From Laetmonice hystrix (lineage: Eukaryota), in assembly GCA_965235115.1 (NCBI GenBank), contig OZ249452.1, positions 9,734,001-9,798,000 of the forward strand: a stretch of 64,000 nt of DNA, given 5' to 3'. Positions within the stretch are counted from its first letter, which is position 1. Each line of letters starts with the position of its first letter. Below the pieces are notes generated by a model. It searched no databases, was not told the origin of the DNA, and was given only the letters and a program-made list of their open reading frames with translations. Position numbers and translations under genes: made by a program. Shown here piece by piece: positions 1 to 13,317 of the stretch.

Positions 1-440
1 CGTCAGCGAGGAACTTTTCTATTCCCTTTAACTCTGATTTTAACCAAATTTGGTTCAATTTCGTAATTAGTTAACATTAACCAAATTCGTCTGAACTAAC
101 TTAGTTAACTTAACCAATTTCATGAAACCGGGTCCTGGCGTCAACGTTCAAAGTGGGACAATGACGTTTAGAAATCACGTGATATGGAAACATAGGAAAC
201 GTTAAAAAACCTGAATGTAGAAGAAACATGGTGGACCTTTAACGTCATTGCGGTAACGTAATTACACCTTGAAAATAATACAAATAAAAACAAAACATAC
301 CCACCCCCAACACGCACTGTGTGTGCCTGTAGGCCTACCAGTTTCTTCATCGCATGCAAGGTGGTATATTATGAAATAAAGTGCAATTGTGAAATTTGCG
401 CCGTTGGTTTGCTGATATGCTTGGGGAACTCACCCTTTTA

Positions 441-900
441 AAACACGGAGGGAGCATCTCCACCTTGACAAAATCCTACATCCGCCCATTTCACTTATTA
501 AAAACAGAGGGAGCATGTTCACCTTGACAAAATCCTGCATCCGCCCATTTCACTTATTAAAAACAGAGGGAGCATCTCCACCTTGGCAAAATCCTAGATC
601 CGCCCATTTCACTTATTAAAAACGGAGGGAGCATCTTCACCTTGACAAAATCCTGCATCCGCCCATTTCACTTATTAAAAACGGAGTTAGCGTCTCCACC
701 TTGATAAAATCCTACATCCGCCCATTTCACTTATTAAAAACGGAGGGAGCATCTCCACCTTGACAAAATCCTACATCCGCCCACTTCACTTATTAAAAAC
801 GGAGGGAGCGTCTCCACCTTGACAAAATCCTAGATCCGCCCATTTCACTTATTAAAAACGGAGGGAGCATCTCCACCTTGACAAAATCCTACATCCGGGC
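441..900. repeat. Minisatellite, 59-bp unit, about 7.7 copies
   Basis: Unit AAAACGGAGGGAGCATCTCCACCTTGACAAAATCCTACATCCGCCCATTTCACTTATTA; CCTTG recurs at 463, 522, 581. Confidence 0.97.
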
Positions 901-1536
901 TCCCATTTCAATTATTGAATACGATTAATGTAATCTCATGTTTACCCCAGGCCGACGTTAGTTCAGGACTTTCCGACAGGTGGCGTCCTCATTACGGCGG
1001 CGTTCGCTACTGCCCCCCCTTTCCGCCCCCGCCCCCCCCCACGCCCACTGTCCATGTCCATCCGACGGTCAGTGCTTCCTTTCGCACGGACACAGGGAAA
1101 ACATGAAAGAAGATTTCTAGGTGAAAATAATTGGCAGGAAATACAGAGGGACGCTAAACCCCTCTTATTGCCGGCTTAAGATACAAACCTTTCGGTCTGT
1201 CGCTGGCCCTCGTCTTCCAAGAACAGGAACACTATTTCTAGTCTCAGAATCAGAACATAATTTTATCACCCAGAATTTATTATTATGTTTGGGTTCTGGC
1301 TACACAAGGAATCATCTCGGCCACCACGCTCTGTGGCTATATTGTATATATGATGTGGCCAGCGAAACGGTGCGTTGTCTGCAACTCACTGACTGAAGAT
1401 TCTTTGTGGAAAGACAGCCACCTCGTAAACACCGACTTACTGCCACTTGATTAGTCGGAGACCCAGCTTAAGGAATTAGAAGTTTTAAGCTCCTGTTTCA
1501 ACTCTATATATATCGACATACTTTGGCGGTTTCTCT

Positions 1537-2247
1537 CATTGCTCATTCTCCTCACTAACTGCCTTTGTTGCATGTAGTGACATGCTACGTACCCCATTTC
1601 GTTGCTCATTCTCCTCACTAACTGCCTTTGTTGCATGCAGTGACATGCTACGTAACCCATTTCGTTGCTCATTCTCCTCACTAACTGCCTGTGTTGCATG
1701 TAGTGACATGCTACGTACCTCATTTCGTTGCTCATTCTCCTCACAAACTGCCTTTGTTGCATGTAGTGACATGCTACGTACCTCATTTCGTTGCTCATTC
1801 TCCTCACAAACTGCATTTGTTGCATGTAGTGACATGCTACATACCCCATTTCATTGCTCATTCTCCTCACTAACTGCCTTTGTTGCAGGTAGTGACAGGC
1901 TACGTACCCCATTTCGTTGCTCATTCTCCTCACAAACTGCCTTTGTTGCATGTAGTGACATGCTACATACCCCATTTCGTTGCTCATTCTCCTCACAAAC
2001 TGCCTTTGTTGCATGTAGTGACATGCTACGTACCCCATTTCGTTGCTCATTCTCCTCACAAACTGCCTTTGTTGCATGTAGTGACAGGCTACGTACCTCC
2101 TTTCGTTGCTCATTCTCCTCACAAACTGCCTTTGTTGCAGGTATAGTGACATTCTACGTACCCCATTTCGTTGCTCATTCTCCTCACTAACTGCCTTTGT
2201 TGCAGGTATAGTGACAGGCTACGTACCCCATTTCGTTGCTAATTCTC
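1537..2247. repeat. Minisatellite, 63-bp unit, about 11 copies
   Basis: Unit ATGCTACGTACCCCATTTCGTTGCTCATTCTCCTCACTAACTGCCTTTGTTGCATGTAGTGAC (1582, 1645...). Explains the 21-aa periodic ORFs on both strands. Confidence 0.97.
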
Positions 2248-2522
2248 CCGTTCTCGTTTTTAGCTTTTAAAAGACAAGTCGTTTTATTGTAAGCAGCAGC
2301 GTTAATTACTTTAATAATCAAATATTGCCTGGTGTCAACTTTGTTTAAATATCCACATTCGTGTATAAGGCAAACATAGATAAACGAACGTGGATCGTTC
2401 CAGAAGCTCTGTGTTGTGAAGGGATGGACTCACTTAAAGGTAACATTTCTGAAATCACAGCAAAGTGTCAGATTTCCGCTTACCGCTCGGACCTGACGTA
2501 TTTTGGGGAGCTAGACGCTTAC

Positions 2523-2629
2523 CATATGCATTGAAGTGTAAGTGCTGCATACTCCGCGGTGACATGTTCCATTATGGTGAATAAACCCGAATAACTAGTG
2601 AACTCGATAGTTCCGGTGAGATCCGCCAT
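2523..2629 (-). CDS. Candidate first coding exon MADLTGTIEFTSYSGLFTIMEHVTAEYAALTLQCI, product unknown
   Basis: Strong Kozak GCCACA-ATG-G, only open frame of the three, ends at TG|GTAAGC donor. No downstream exon identified. Confidence 0.35.
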
Positions 2630-3228
2630 TGTGGCATCACTCAAACTCCCGCTAACGGGTGGGCCAGGGCCCAGCGGACCCTCCGCTCGTGAACACCGTC
2701 TAGTCATAATTGGCGCATTTCTTCAACATAATGAAGCTAGGCCACTAAAACTATTTCCATAATGGTAGGACATATTAAACTTTGTGTATGGCAAGTTTGA
2801 TAATGATTTATTGTGATATTTATGCAATACGACTGTTTTAATCCATCGACTCAGACCCTGTAAGCGGACATTAATTGTTTTATAGAAAAATATCGAACAT
2901 CAGTTTCAGTACAACTTCATGTATGCAGATACATGTACAAACTTCTCTAGCAGATCAGAACTTTACAGTTCTCGGTTGACGGGTCTTTTTTTTACCGACA
3001 ATATAAAAACATCGCCAAACGGAAACGCGTCACGTCACTTAGACACGACACGCGACGAACACACCTCTTGAAATGACAAACCTACTCCCATCTCTTCCAT
3101 GCCAAACGCTATAAGAGGACGGTATTTTTTTGGAAGGAAGTTACAATACGGATGACATTAGAGCAAGAGGTATTATAAGTGAGTGTATTTTATAAGCATG
3201 GTAGATTATCACGTCATCGAGCATGTGT

Positions 3229-3300
3229 CGAGACGTACGTGACGTCATCGAGACGTACGTGACGTCATCGAGACGTACGTGACGTCATCGAGACGTACGT
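3229..3300. repeat. 20-bp tandem repeat (3.6 copies), each carrying a palindromic CRE TGACGTCA
   Basis: CGAGACGTACGTGACGTCAT repeated; TGACGTCA at 3240, 3260, 3280. Confidence 0.9.
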
Positions 3301-3707
3301 ACACCAATGATCGCGTCAGTTTGTTCTGGCAGTGCTGTCCGACTTCATGCGCGGGGGCGTATGGGTAATGAGGACTAGGCCTACTTCTTTCGAGAAACTA
3401 TGTCGGATTTCCCCGTGACACCAGTCAAACCGGTGGTTAATCTAAAGACAAACAAACGTAAGTTTAAATAAAGAAATATTATTGCATGGCGCAACCATCT
3501 TACAGACGTGCACGCACAAGGCCTACTTTGTATCCCCGGTGTAGTAATATGACGAATGAGGTGGCGCGCATGTTCCTATTTGTCCGTTCTACGGACGGCC
3601 GAAGATTGCCGAAGATTGCCGAAAGGACTCGAACGTGAGAATGGCGTTATACGTGCAAGGGGCGTAGAGATCGAAACATACATTAAATTGTAGGGCGGAA
3701 CGATAGC

Positions 3708-3755
3708 GGGGGCGGGGCAGGGGCGGGGGCGGGGCAGGGGCGGGGGCGGGGGAGG
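3708..3755 (+). promoter_or_regulatory. GC-box cluster / potential G-quadruplex
   Basis: GGGGGCGGGGCAGGGGCGGGGGCGGGGCAGGGGCGGGGGCGGGGG: eight G4-5 runs and several GGGGCGGGG motifs. Confidence 0.5.
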
Positions 3756-3929
3756 TAATGTGCCAGACTATCACAAATCTCACTTGGCAGTAATATGATT
3801 CTGCATTGAATCAGTTGGACTATAGTGCATGCACGGGTGAAAACGCTTCTGGCAACAGATTCCAACATTGGGGCATTATGTTTCCTCATTCTCACCTGCT
3901 AACTAATTAAGTTGACACCATAAAAAAAA

Positions 3930-4110
3930 GTGTTATTCAGAGTATGGGACGACACCTTTGCTCCAGGTTCCAATTCCCTTCTACCTTGATGTGAGAAAGT
4001 ATCAGTTACTTTCTGCAGGGTTTAGGTTCCACCGGATTCTCTGGTTTCTTCCACCGTGACAACTGGTGATCTCGACATGTACCTATAGCTGTTGCTGAAG
4101 GGCAAATTCT
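3930..4110 (+). mobile_element. Possible degenerate SINE body
   Basis: GGTTCCACCGGATTCTCTGGTTTCTTCCACC resembles the GGTTTTCTCCGGGTACTCCGGTTTCCTCCCAC core of many aquatic-animal tRNA-derived SINEs. Recognised from memory; boundaries approximate. Confidence 0.35.
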
Positions 4111-5453
4111 AAATCTATTTTCCAAAGGTAACATATTTATACGGTACTCCTACCGTTCTACTGCGTGCTATACGCCCACGGCACATACCCACTCCCCAAC
4201 GGTATCGAATGGCACACCCGGACCCTATCAGTGCTAAAATCATGGTTGTCATGAAAAATCTAAGTTTAATATTGCTTCACTCCATAGCAATGTATAGACC
4301 AATTAGGTTCAAAGGCCTCCTTTTTGCTCTAAACAGGTTAATTTGTTTAATTTGGTTAATAGCAGCAGTGACCTTTTATCTAGAATTTACTCAATATAAA
4401 ATACACATTCATTATTTTCCTATATTCGACATTCATTGTTTGGTGGTTTCGCACCTACAGGACGCAAAACCTCAAAAGATCCACGGAAATTCATTCGTCG
4501 TGATTTTTTAGAATGGCCGTTCTAAATGTGCTTCCAGTGGACGTCTGCAAACCGAGACACCAATCCACAATCCCTGACACATGTCCAACACACAGACATA
4601 ATAATCGTTTTAAAAACCTCTGTACGTGTCACGTGAGATCCCCTTGCTGCCAGTCCCGGCAATGTCCACGTCATCTAACCCCCGCATCGTGTGCGCCCTG
4701 ACGTCTGCGGGGGAGAAGCCATGTCACACGTGAGCGTGCCAATACATGCTATACCCTATACGTACCTTAGATGGCTTCTCCAGGTCATGTGACCATGCAG
4801 GCGCTGTTACTGCTGAATCAGAGAATATCTCCCGGTAGAGGGCGTCGCGTGTTGGTACATTAAGGTTACTTATTGGGTGCAGTCTACTACTTCTAGGTTT
4901 GTAAACATTCGACACCGAATTAAATCACAGAGGGATAAATTATACACTCATTTTAAAATAATGTCGTCATATTTAGATTAGACACATCACGTCATGCATG
5001 AGTGGACATGACGAAGCAAGTTGTTGTAGGCCTATGTGTGGACGCTGACTGCTCCTATGTAACATTAGTTCTATATCTGATATTTTAGAACTAAGGTAAG
5101 ACCAGTCCCAAAAGGTGGTGCAATAGACCCCCACGGCGGTCCTATATTTCGCTCCTTTGGCGCAAATTTTGCACTGTGACCATGGAAACTGGGACCGATA
5201 TTGACGTCGACGCTGCGAGCTGGCCCATACATCCGCCATGTGTGTTTACTGTCGCTTCGCAGTGACAGGTCGACTTTATGAAGCCGTCTAAATTGGAATC
5301 AAATGTTGTCTGTAGTTGGATATTTTAGACAGTTAAGCTATCATTCGGTCCGGATGGCAGTACGCTGTCACTGACATATTATACTAGAGTGGATTTATCG
5401 CTTGCAGCATGACGTTGGGCAAGTGCTTTGCAGTGGGGATGTTTATGGGCAGA

Positions 5454-5636
5454 CCGGTGTGAAAGGAATGCAAGTCCCCCTGAAATGCAGGTCCAACGTA
5501 CCTGCATTCCTAGGACTTTAAACCCGTGAAAATCCTATCCCTAATCCTAACCTTAACCCTAATCCATTTGCATTTTCTTAATTATATTGTCCGGCGGACC
5601 TCCATTCTGGCGGACTTACAATTCCTTCACACCCGG
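5454..5636. mobile_element. MITE with about 24-bp imperfect TIRs and internal CCTAA(C)-type repeats
   Basis: Left CCGGTGTGAAAGGAATGCAAGTCC vs right GGACTTACAATTCCTTCACACCCGG; internal CCCTAATCCTAACCTTAACCCTAA. TSD not clear. Confidence 0.55.
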
Positions 5637-6957
5637 CAATAATAGTTAATTTGCATTAGTGTTAAGTTGTGCCTCAATACCAACGTTGCTAGTCATGTAA
5701 CCTATGGTAGTCTAATCATAAATAGTAAATGTTTTCTATAGACAGATGTTCCCCACCTGGCGATAAGAAGTCAAACGTAATAAATCTCGCGGACTCTCGT
5801 GAGACCAATCCAGCAGATAACCTTTGACCGTGAGGTGGTCACGTGGTCTGCTCGAGGCCACGCCAGTTACACTAACAAGGAACGTGTTGTGACACAGGGG
5901 ACAACCTATGGCGTGCAGGATCACATGCCTTGTAACACAGCACTTTAATAACAAGTCCTAATACCAAAGTTATCATCAAACGAGTTCCGCTGGATTTAGT
6001 GAAGATATCGCCAAATACGGCACTCGGAAGTCAGAGATAGGTCTAGGCATTGAATCATATTTCGTGGTATTAGGAACGGGTTCAAACAAAATAAGTTGTT
6101 CGATTTGGCCACAACGTAATCAACCGTCCTGCAAGGAACTAAATATGGCCTTCAGACCATACAAATATATCTCAATATAAGTACTGACAGGTTCGACAAC
6201 CTGCTTAAATATACCTTACTGACTGACAGAAAAGGCGGTCAAGAAATTCCTTTGTGAAATAATCTAAATATTTTCAACGCACCCTAAGATCGACAACTTC
6301 ATGATTTAAAGCCTGATTGTCATAATATAATCAACGATCCTGTACAGTAGCTACGCGTAAGCTACAGTATCATTGATATAATTTGTTATCAGATCCTAAT
6401 CAGATTGTCACATTAGCGGCAGGTTGAGGATCTGAGAACAGAAGCCGACCCAGATTTTAAAAGGTTTCATCAGAGTGAGGTGAAAGGACAATTTGAGGAT
6501 TAGTTTCCGCTGATGTAGTTCTAACAGAAGTTAGTTATGGAATCATACGGGGATTAATGTTTCAAACGTTGACATCAGATACAGAGAGCAGGTGTCTTAT
6601 ATGGTTTCCATGGAAACCAAGTAATCACGACATCACTGGATGGTGGGAAGATGATCTGTCATGTATACATGATATACGTACACACGGGATTTCTGTCCCT
6701 AGACAAAAATGGCAGTTCGTGCCGATCAGCTGAATGCGAGAACAAGATGCACTTTTGCGATTTTTTTTTTTTTGCAAGCCCATAGAGGATATAACAAACT
6801 AGCCAGAATCAATACATTCTGATACACACTGACGACAAAAATGATAATAAATGAGACATGCTATAATGTCGTAAAGGTATTATAGTTCGATCTCTAAAAC
6901 ACCGTCACTGACGTTTTTGCGTCAGTCACACGTACTTCTCAGACCCAAGTAAACTAC

Positions 6958-8460
6958 ATCACCATTACGCCATCATTGGGCAGGAACAGTAGGAACGACT
7001 GATAGATACAACCCACCACAACCATCATCGCGCCATCATTGGACAGAAACAGTAGGAACGACTGATAGATACAACCCACCACCACCACCATCGCGCCATC
7101 ATTGGACAGAAACAGTAGGAACGACTGATAGATACAACCCGCCACCACCATGGCGCCATCATTGGACAGAAACAGTAGGAACAACAGATAGATACAACCC
7201 GCCACCACCACCATCGCGCCATCATTGGACAGAAACAGTAGGAACGACTGATAGATACAACCCACCACCACCACCATCGCGCCATCATTGGGCAGAAACA
7301 GTAGGAACGACTGATAGATACAACCCACCACAACCATCATCGCGCCATCATTGGACAGAAACAGTAGGAACGACTGATAGATACAACCCGCCACCACCAC
7401 CATCGCGCCATCATTGGACAGAAACAGTAGGAACGACTGATAGATACAACCCGCCACCACCACCATCGCGCCATCATTGGGCAGAAACAGTAGGAACGAC
7501 TGATAGATACAACCCGCCACCACCATCACGCCATCATTGGACAGAAACAGTAGGAACGACTGATAGATACAACCCGCCACCACCACCATCGCGCCCTCAT
7601 TGGGCAGAAACAGTAGGAACGACTGATAGATACAACCCGCCACCACCACCATCGCGCCATCATTGGACAGAAACAGTAGGAACGACTGATAGATACAACC
7701 CGCCACCACCACCATCGCGCCATCATTGGGCAGAAACAGTAGGAACGAGTGATAGATACAACCCGCCACCACCACCATCGCGCCATCATTGGGCAGAAAC
7801 AGTAGGAACGACTGATAGATACAACCCGCCACCACCATCATCGCGCCATCATTGGACAGAAACAGTAGGAACGACTGATAGATACAACCCACCACCACCA
7901 CCACCATCATGGCGCCATCATTGGACAGAAACAGTAGGAACGACTGATAGATACAACCCACCACCACCACCATCGCGCCATCATTGGACAGAAACAGTAG
8001 GAACGACTGATAGATACAACCCGCCACCACCATCATCGCGCCATCATTGGACAGAAACAGTAGGAACGACTGATAGATACAACCCACCACCACCATCATC
8101 ACGCCATCATTGGACAGAAACAGTAGGAACGACTGATAGATACAACCCGCCACCATCATCACGCCATCATTGGACAGAAACAGTAGGAACGACTGATAGA
8201 TACAACCCGCCACCACCACCATGGCGCCATCATTGGACAGAAACAGTAGGAACGACTGATAGATACAACCCACCACCATCATCACGCCATCATTGGACAG
8301 AAACAGTAGGAACGACTGATAGATACAACCCGCCACCACCATCATCCCGCCATCATTGGACAGAAACAGTACCAACGACTGATAGATACAACCCACCACC
8401 ACCATCATCCCGCCATCATTGGACAGAAACAGTACCAACGACTGATACCAACAGTACCAA
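6958..8460. repeat. Minisatellite, 60-69 bp units with a variable (CAC/CAT)n tract, about 23 copies
   Basis: Unit GCCATCATTGGACAGAAACAGTAGGAACGACTGATAGATACAACCC(G/A)CCACCACCACCATCGC; length differences are triplets. Confidence 0.97.
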
Positions 8461-9595
8461 CCTGGTTTTCTAATATATATATTTATACATCTCGTCTGGG
8501 CTATAACCGAACATCGATCATCAGTCTATGAATCCATGATATCTGCAAATCGTAAAGTGATGTAATTAAACCATACGGACGTCTAAATAATACACGAGGG
8601 CCGGGGAGGAAGATGTATCAGTCGAAGAGCGGGACTGACAAAAACAGCCGCAGTCCAGCTGGCTAGTCCGTTCTCCCCCTCCCCCCTCCCCCCTCCCCCA
8701 TACACCCTCTGTCGGTCTCGGGACAGCTGAGTAAGTTTGCTTCTTGGATTCCCTGCTTTCAACCAGGCATATCGTGTCGAGTATCTTCTGCTTTGAGTGA
8801 GGAAATATTGTAGAAGGAATCGCCCATTTGCATGTAGATACCTCAAAGTAAGGATTGAAGAAACCGATATGGCAGACCCTTTCGGCTGGAGAATCAACTC
8901 ATTTGTGTGATTAAATATGTCCGTCCAAATGTTAGTATATATGGCTGGAATAAACCTAGAGTTTTAATTTAATGTGAATGTAGGCATATTTTATGTCGGT
9001 ATACCTTTCGAAATTAAGAAAAAATCAAATGCTCAAGTTGAAACGTCAGCCACGTTGAGACTGAGACCGTGCAACGCCGCTAAACGTTCCAAAGACGTTA
9101 CAGAAAACGTGTTGTTGACGTTTTGTGGTCACATTATGCATACCGCGAACCCAGGCGTCCCTTTCTGGAAGGTTCTACCTGCTCATGCTGTGCGTTTCGT
9201 CCCAATTAGGCGACAAAAGGAAGCCAACCCATTGTGATACGACGCTGGACTGAGTGACAGCCGCTGGCGGTACCCATATACCATGAGACGTCCTCGGGAC
9301 ACACTGAAGATTTCCCAAGTGTTACCATAGAAGTCCTACCCCCGCCTGTGTCTTCACAAGACGTATGGGCTAGCCCAAGGTATCGCTTTGTACTCGACAC
9401 TACATTATGGCCGGACAGGACTGGACAACCTGCACCTACTGGTCGGCGGCTGTAAGCTCGATTGGCATATACGGAGTCCATGATTATATCGATCTGTTAT
9501 TCTGGTAATGTGTTCGACCGATCGGAATTAGACGTGCTTTTATACATAAATAATACGGAACGAAAAGTGAATTCGTTGTCGTTCCTGATAATGTT

Positions 9596-10179
9596 GGCCT
9601 AGCATGTTTCATTCAATGTGTAGGCCTACATGCCTGGCATGTTTCATTCAATGTGTAGGCCTACATGCCTGGCATGTTTCATTCAATGTGTAGGCCTACA
9701 TGCCTGGCATGTTTCATTCAATGTGTAGGCCTACATGCCTGGCATGTTTCATTCAATGTGTAGGCCTACATGCCTGGCATGTTTCATTCAATGTGTAGGC
9801 CTACATGCCTGGCATGTTTCATTCAATGTGTAAGCCTACATGCCTGGCATGTTTCATTCAATGTGTAGGCCTACATGCCTGGCATGTTTCATTCAATGTG
9901 TAGGCCTACATGCCTGGCATGTTTCATTCAGTGTGTAGGCCTACATGCCTGGCATGTTTCATTCAATGTGTAGGCCTACATGCCTGGCATGTTTCATTCA
10001 ATGTGTAAGCCTACATGCCTGGCATGTTTCATTCAATGTGTAGGCCTACATGCCTGGCATGTTTCATTCAATGTGTAGGCCTACATGCCTAGCATGTTTC
10101 ATTCAATGTGTAGGCCTACATGCCTGGCATGTTTCATTCAATGTGTAGGCCTACATGCCTGGCATGTTTCATTCAATGT
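9596..10179. repeat. Minisatellite, 35-bp unit, about 16.5 near-identical copies, internally palindromic
   Basis: TAGGCCTACATGCCTGGCATGTTTCATTCAATGTG at 9621, 9656...; contains TGTAGGCCTACA and ACATGCC-T-GGCATGT. Confidence 0.97.
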
Positions 10180-11212
10180 TAGAAGTAGTAATCGTTTGGG
10201 TTGGACAGTTCTGCGGCTACTCGAAGAGAGAAAAAACTACGAAATCATAATGTCAGTGTCAACTCATCAGAAGCCAGCAGTTACATGTACAACTTATGTG
10301 TTATCAAACGCTGTATTCTAACATGTTAAGTTGGCAGTAGGTTGATTTGATATACTATGTGTGCCGGGTCAGGGAGGGATTGCGTGAGAAATACCTTCTT
10401 TTACTTTGTCTTTTCCTTGCGCTACGTCAGTTCTACTACCAAGAAACAAGATCTGGCTTATCTCTAACATGGCTACACCATTAATGTATATACTAACTAG
10501 CTCCCCGCACTAAAATGTTATTTACGTAAGAAAAACACTTCTGCATGAAACGTCTATTTAACGTTTTTGCTGGACTGCGTGTCGACCGCTTCATGCACTG
10601 ACGCTCGACCTTTGTAACCGGACAGGTGATTGGCGGAGTTAATCACGTGACTAGCCGACTATTTCAGCCGCTGACATCTCACACTGCAGGAAACGTCACA
10701 CACACATAAATAAATAAATCCACAATTTATAATATAAACAAAAATCAAGAAGAATAGAGCTTCCAATTTACCTGTAATCTTGACATTAAGAAAATAAAGA
10801 AAAAAGCTTGTCTTACGTCCTGTTGTCATCTTCAGAAGGGGAACTTTTTTTCTCTCATAATTTGCCTGCTCGGTGGTACTGAAAAATAAATACACCCAAA
10901 TAGAAAAATATATATGTCAGTGTCATCGTCTATAAATTTCAAGTACATCACCTTAGCTCATGTTTAATGCGATTAGCTGTTCCTCTTCCTATTTTTTTAA
11001 AATCCCCTTACCTCCATCCAATCTAATGACAAGTATGCCCCCTACCCCCTTGGATGTTGGCGGTATGTGAGTGGTCTACATGAACATTGACGGTCCCTAT
11101 AGGAGAGGTCAAGGGTCACGGCGGAAGGCGGACATACAGACAGACATCGCACGACATCATGTAATCATCATGTCATCGAAAAATAAAAACAAACAAAAAA
11201 AGGAAAATCGAG

Positions 11213-11359
11213 NNNNNNNNNNNNNNNNNNNNNNNNNNNNNNNNNNNNNNNNNNNNNNNNNNNNNNNNNNNNNNNNNNNNNNNNNNNNNNNNNNNNNNNN
11301 NNNNNNNNNNNNNNNNNNNNNNNNNNNNNNNNNNNNNNNNNNNNNNNNNNNNNNNNNNN
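11213..11359. other. Assembly gap
   Basis: Run of N. Confidence 1.
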
Positions 11360-11626
11360 TCACTCTCTCTTGGTCTCTCTCTCTGCCTTTATCTCTCTCT
11401 GCCTCTGTCTCTCCCGGTCTGTATCTCGGTCTTTCTATGTCTTTCTCTCGGTCTCTACCTCTCTCTGTTTCTCTGTCTCTGTTTCTACATGTCTGACTCT
11501 CTCTCTGTCACTCTATCTATCTATCTATCTCTACATCGCTGTTTCGCTGTCTCACTCGGTATCTAACTGTTTCTGTCTGTCTCTGTCTCTCTGTTTCTAT
11601 CTGTCTCTCTATCCCTTGTCTCTGTT

Positions 11627-11661
<35 letters not shown>

Positions 11662-11850
11662 CTGTCTGTCTTTCCGTCTCTCTGTTTCTGTCTGTCTCCG
11701 TCTCGCTGTTTCTGTCTGTCTCCGTCTCTCTGTTTCTGTCTGTCTCTCTCTGTCTCTCTGCCTCTCTGTTTCTGTCTGTCCGTCTCTGTTTGTGGCTGTT
11801 TGTCTCTCTGTTTCTGTCTGTCTCTCTGTCTGTCTCTCTCCCTCTCTCGC
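11360..11850. repeat. Compound CT/CTGT low-complexity microsatellite
   Basis: (CT)n, CTGT and CTAT tracts next to the gap; source of the SLSLS and RERET ORFs. Confidence 0.95.
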
Positions 11851-12959
11851 AGAAGTTAAAGCCATAAGACAAAGATGTTTATCGAATCAATGCGACAATA
11901 TTCGATATTTCAAGTTATTTTATGATTTGTATTATGATGGTGTTTATGGTATTACGATGAAAACGACGGATATTTTTTGTTTTAGAAGTGGCAAGAGTCT
12001 GTACGACATTGAATCAAGACAATGTAACCAGGCGGACCTTTTGGTAACCTAGTCAATCAATGATTAGAAATTCATCAAAATAATTGGAATTTACAAAATC
12101 TGATGGCATTTACATCGGGCAAATCTCCACAACTTGAGCCAACGATCAATTGTTATGGTCAAAATAAATCGTTTCACTTCCTTCGGCATCATTTTGCACT
12201 CTTCATTCTTTGGACAGTTTGACAAGTTTAACAAATCAACTTCAGCATGCCTGGATATTGGATACTTTTTACTCTCCATTCTCAGTTGTTTTATCCGAAG
12301 AATCAACTCTCTCGTTTTGTACGGTGGAAACAAGCATGCTGTTAGTTTGAAAGTTTTGATAGTGTGAATAGTGATTTTAAGAGTACCACCATAATTATTT
12401 CGAAGGTTTGTTTTCACATTGGTACCATCGTATTATGACCAGGGCATGTTATATCTTTCCAAGATAATACAGTGTCTACACTTGCCCCCTAATTATAACC
12501 ATTTTGTCCAAAACAATTTTGATTGACATTTCCCTGACCGTTCCTCCATGCTGATCACCAATAGAAAAGACATGTTTACATACTCAGAATACAGGGGCCT
12601 TAATCACCCGTGTATAAGCCGCGGCTATGAAAATCATGGACAAAACAGTTTCCCCCGCCAAGTATGGAAAGGTAAGGTCCCAGCCGTCAACCCCGTGAAA
12701 CACGATGAAGAGTCTTTGGATACCGCGCCAAACTGGCCTTAATGTAAAATGTCATTGTGAGAGAGCTGTTTTGGGCACCGCCTTTTGCTTTACATGGTCA
12801 TTGAGCGCCCCCCCCCCCATTTAGTTTATTATTGCAATCAGCATTTAAAGTAACACCCAACTTGTCGTCCGAACTCATGTGGCCATTATAGAAGACGCAC
12901 CCCGATTTCTTGATTACTAAAAGTAATTTCAGGAGGAAAGAATGTGTTGAATGGTTGCG

Positions 12960-13085
12960 CACGCAGGTCCGCCACTTCCGGTGTGACGGCCAACCGGAAG
13001 AGGGTGTGGCACGGGAACGCGCATACTAAAGTGGCGACGTTTGGGTGGCCGACGTCCCGCCATTCTATCACTAGGTGGCACCACC
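12960..13085. promoter_or_regulatory. CpG-rich promoter-like segment with ETS motifs and a CTCF-like motif
   Basis: CACTTCCGG, CCGGAAG and TCACTAGGTGGCAC within about 120 bp. Confidence 0.3.
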
Positions 13086-13273
13086 TGATCTCGGCCACAC
13101 CCTGTCGTGTCCTTCAATTGATTTCCCCATTTCTGACCTGTCCTGTGCCTATAGCAATTAATTTGTCAGAGGGCGAGTATTCCATAGTATTTTTCACGTT
13201 AAAATGATTTCGCCATGCTATCACATTGTTTGACAGTATAAGGAAGGACCAGTTTTTGAACCTTTCTTCCTAG

Positions 13274-13317
13274 CTGTATCGCCGACTATTTAAACAGGGT
13301 CAGTAGCCAGGGAGATG
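13274..13317 (+). other. Candidate 44-nt exon (5'UTR exon ending in ATG, or coding CIADYLNRVSSQGD)
   Basis: Acceptor CCTTTCTTCCTAG| and donor ATG|GTAAGG. Confidence 0.3.

Noticed and set aside
1451-2190. 233-aa, 202-aa and shorter ORFs on both strands
   Set aside because: Translations of the 63-bp minisatellite; no unique coding flanks or splice support.
8766-8849. Segment with good acceptor (TTTCAACCAG) and donor (GTAAGG)
   Set aside because: All three frames contain stops; at most a non-coding exon.
11071-11872. ORFs containing X runs and SL/RE repeats
   Set aside because: They span an N gap and a CT microsatellite. The same applies to the ORFs at 33308-33681, 46760-47041 and 56816-57127.
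12599-12670. LNHPCISRGY as a GDA1/CD39 apyrase-like motif
   Set aside because: Only a short resemblance; no other apyrase motifs and no phase-compatible neighbouring exon.
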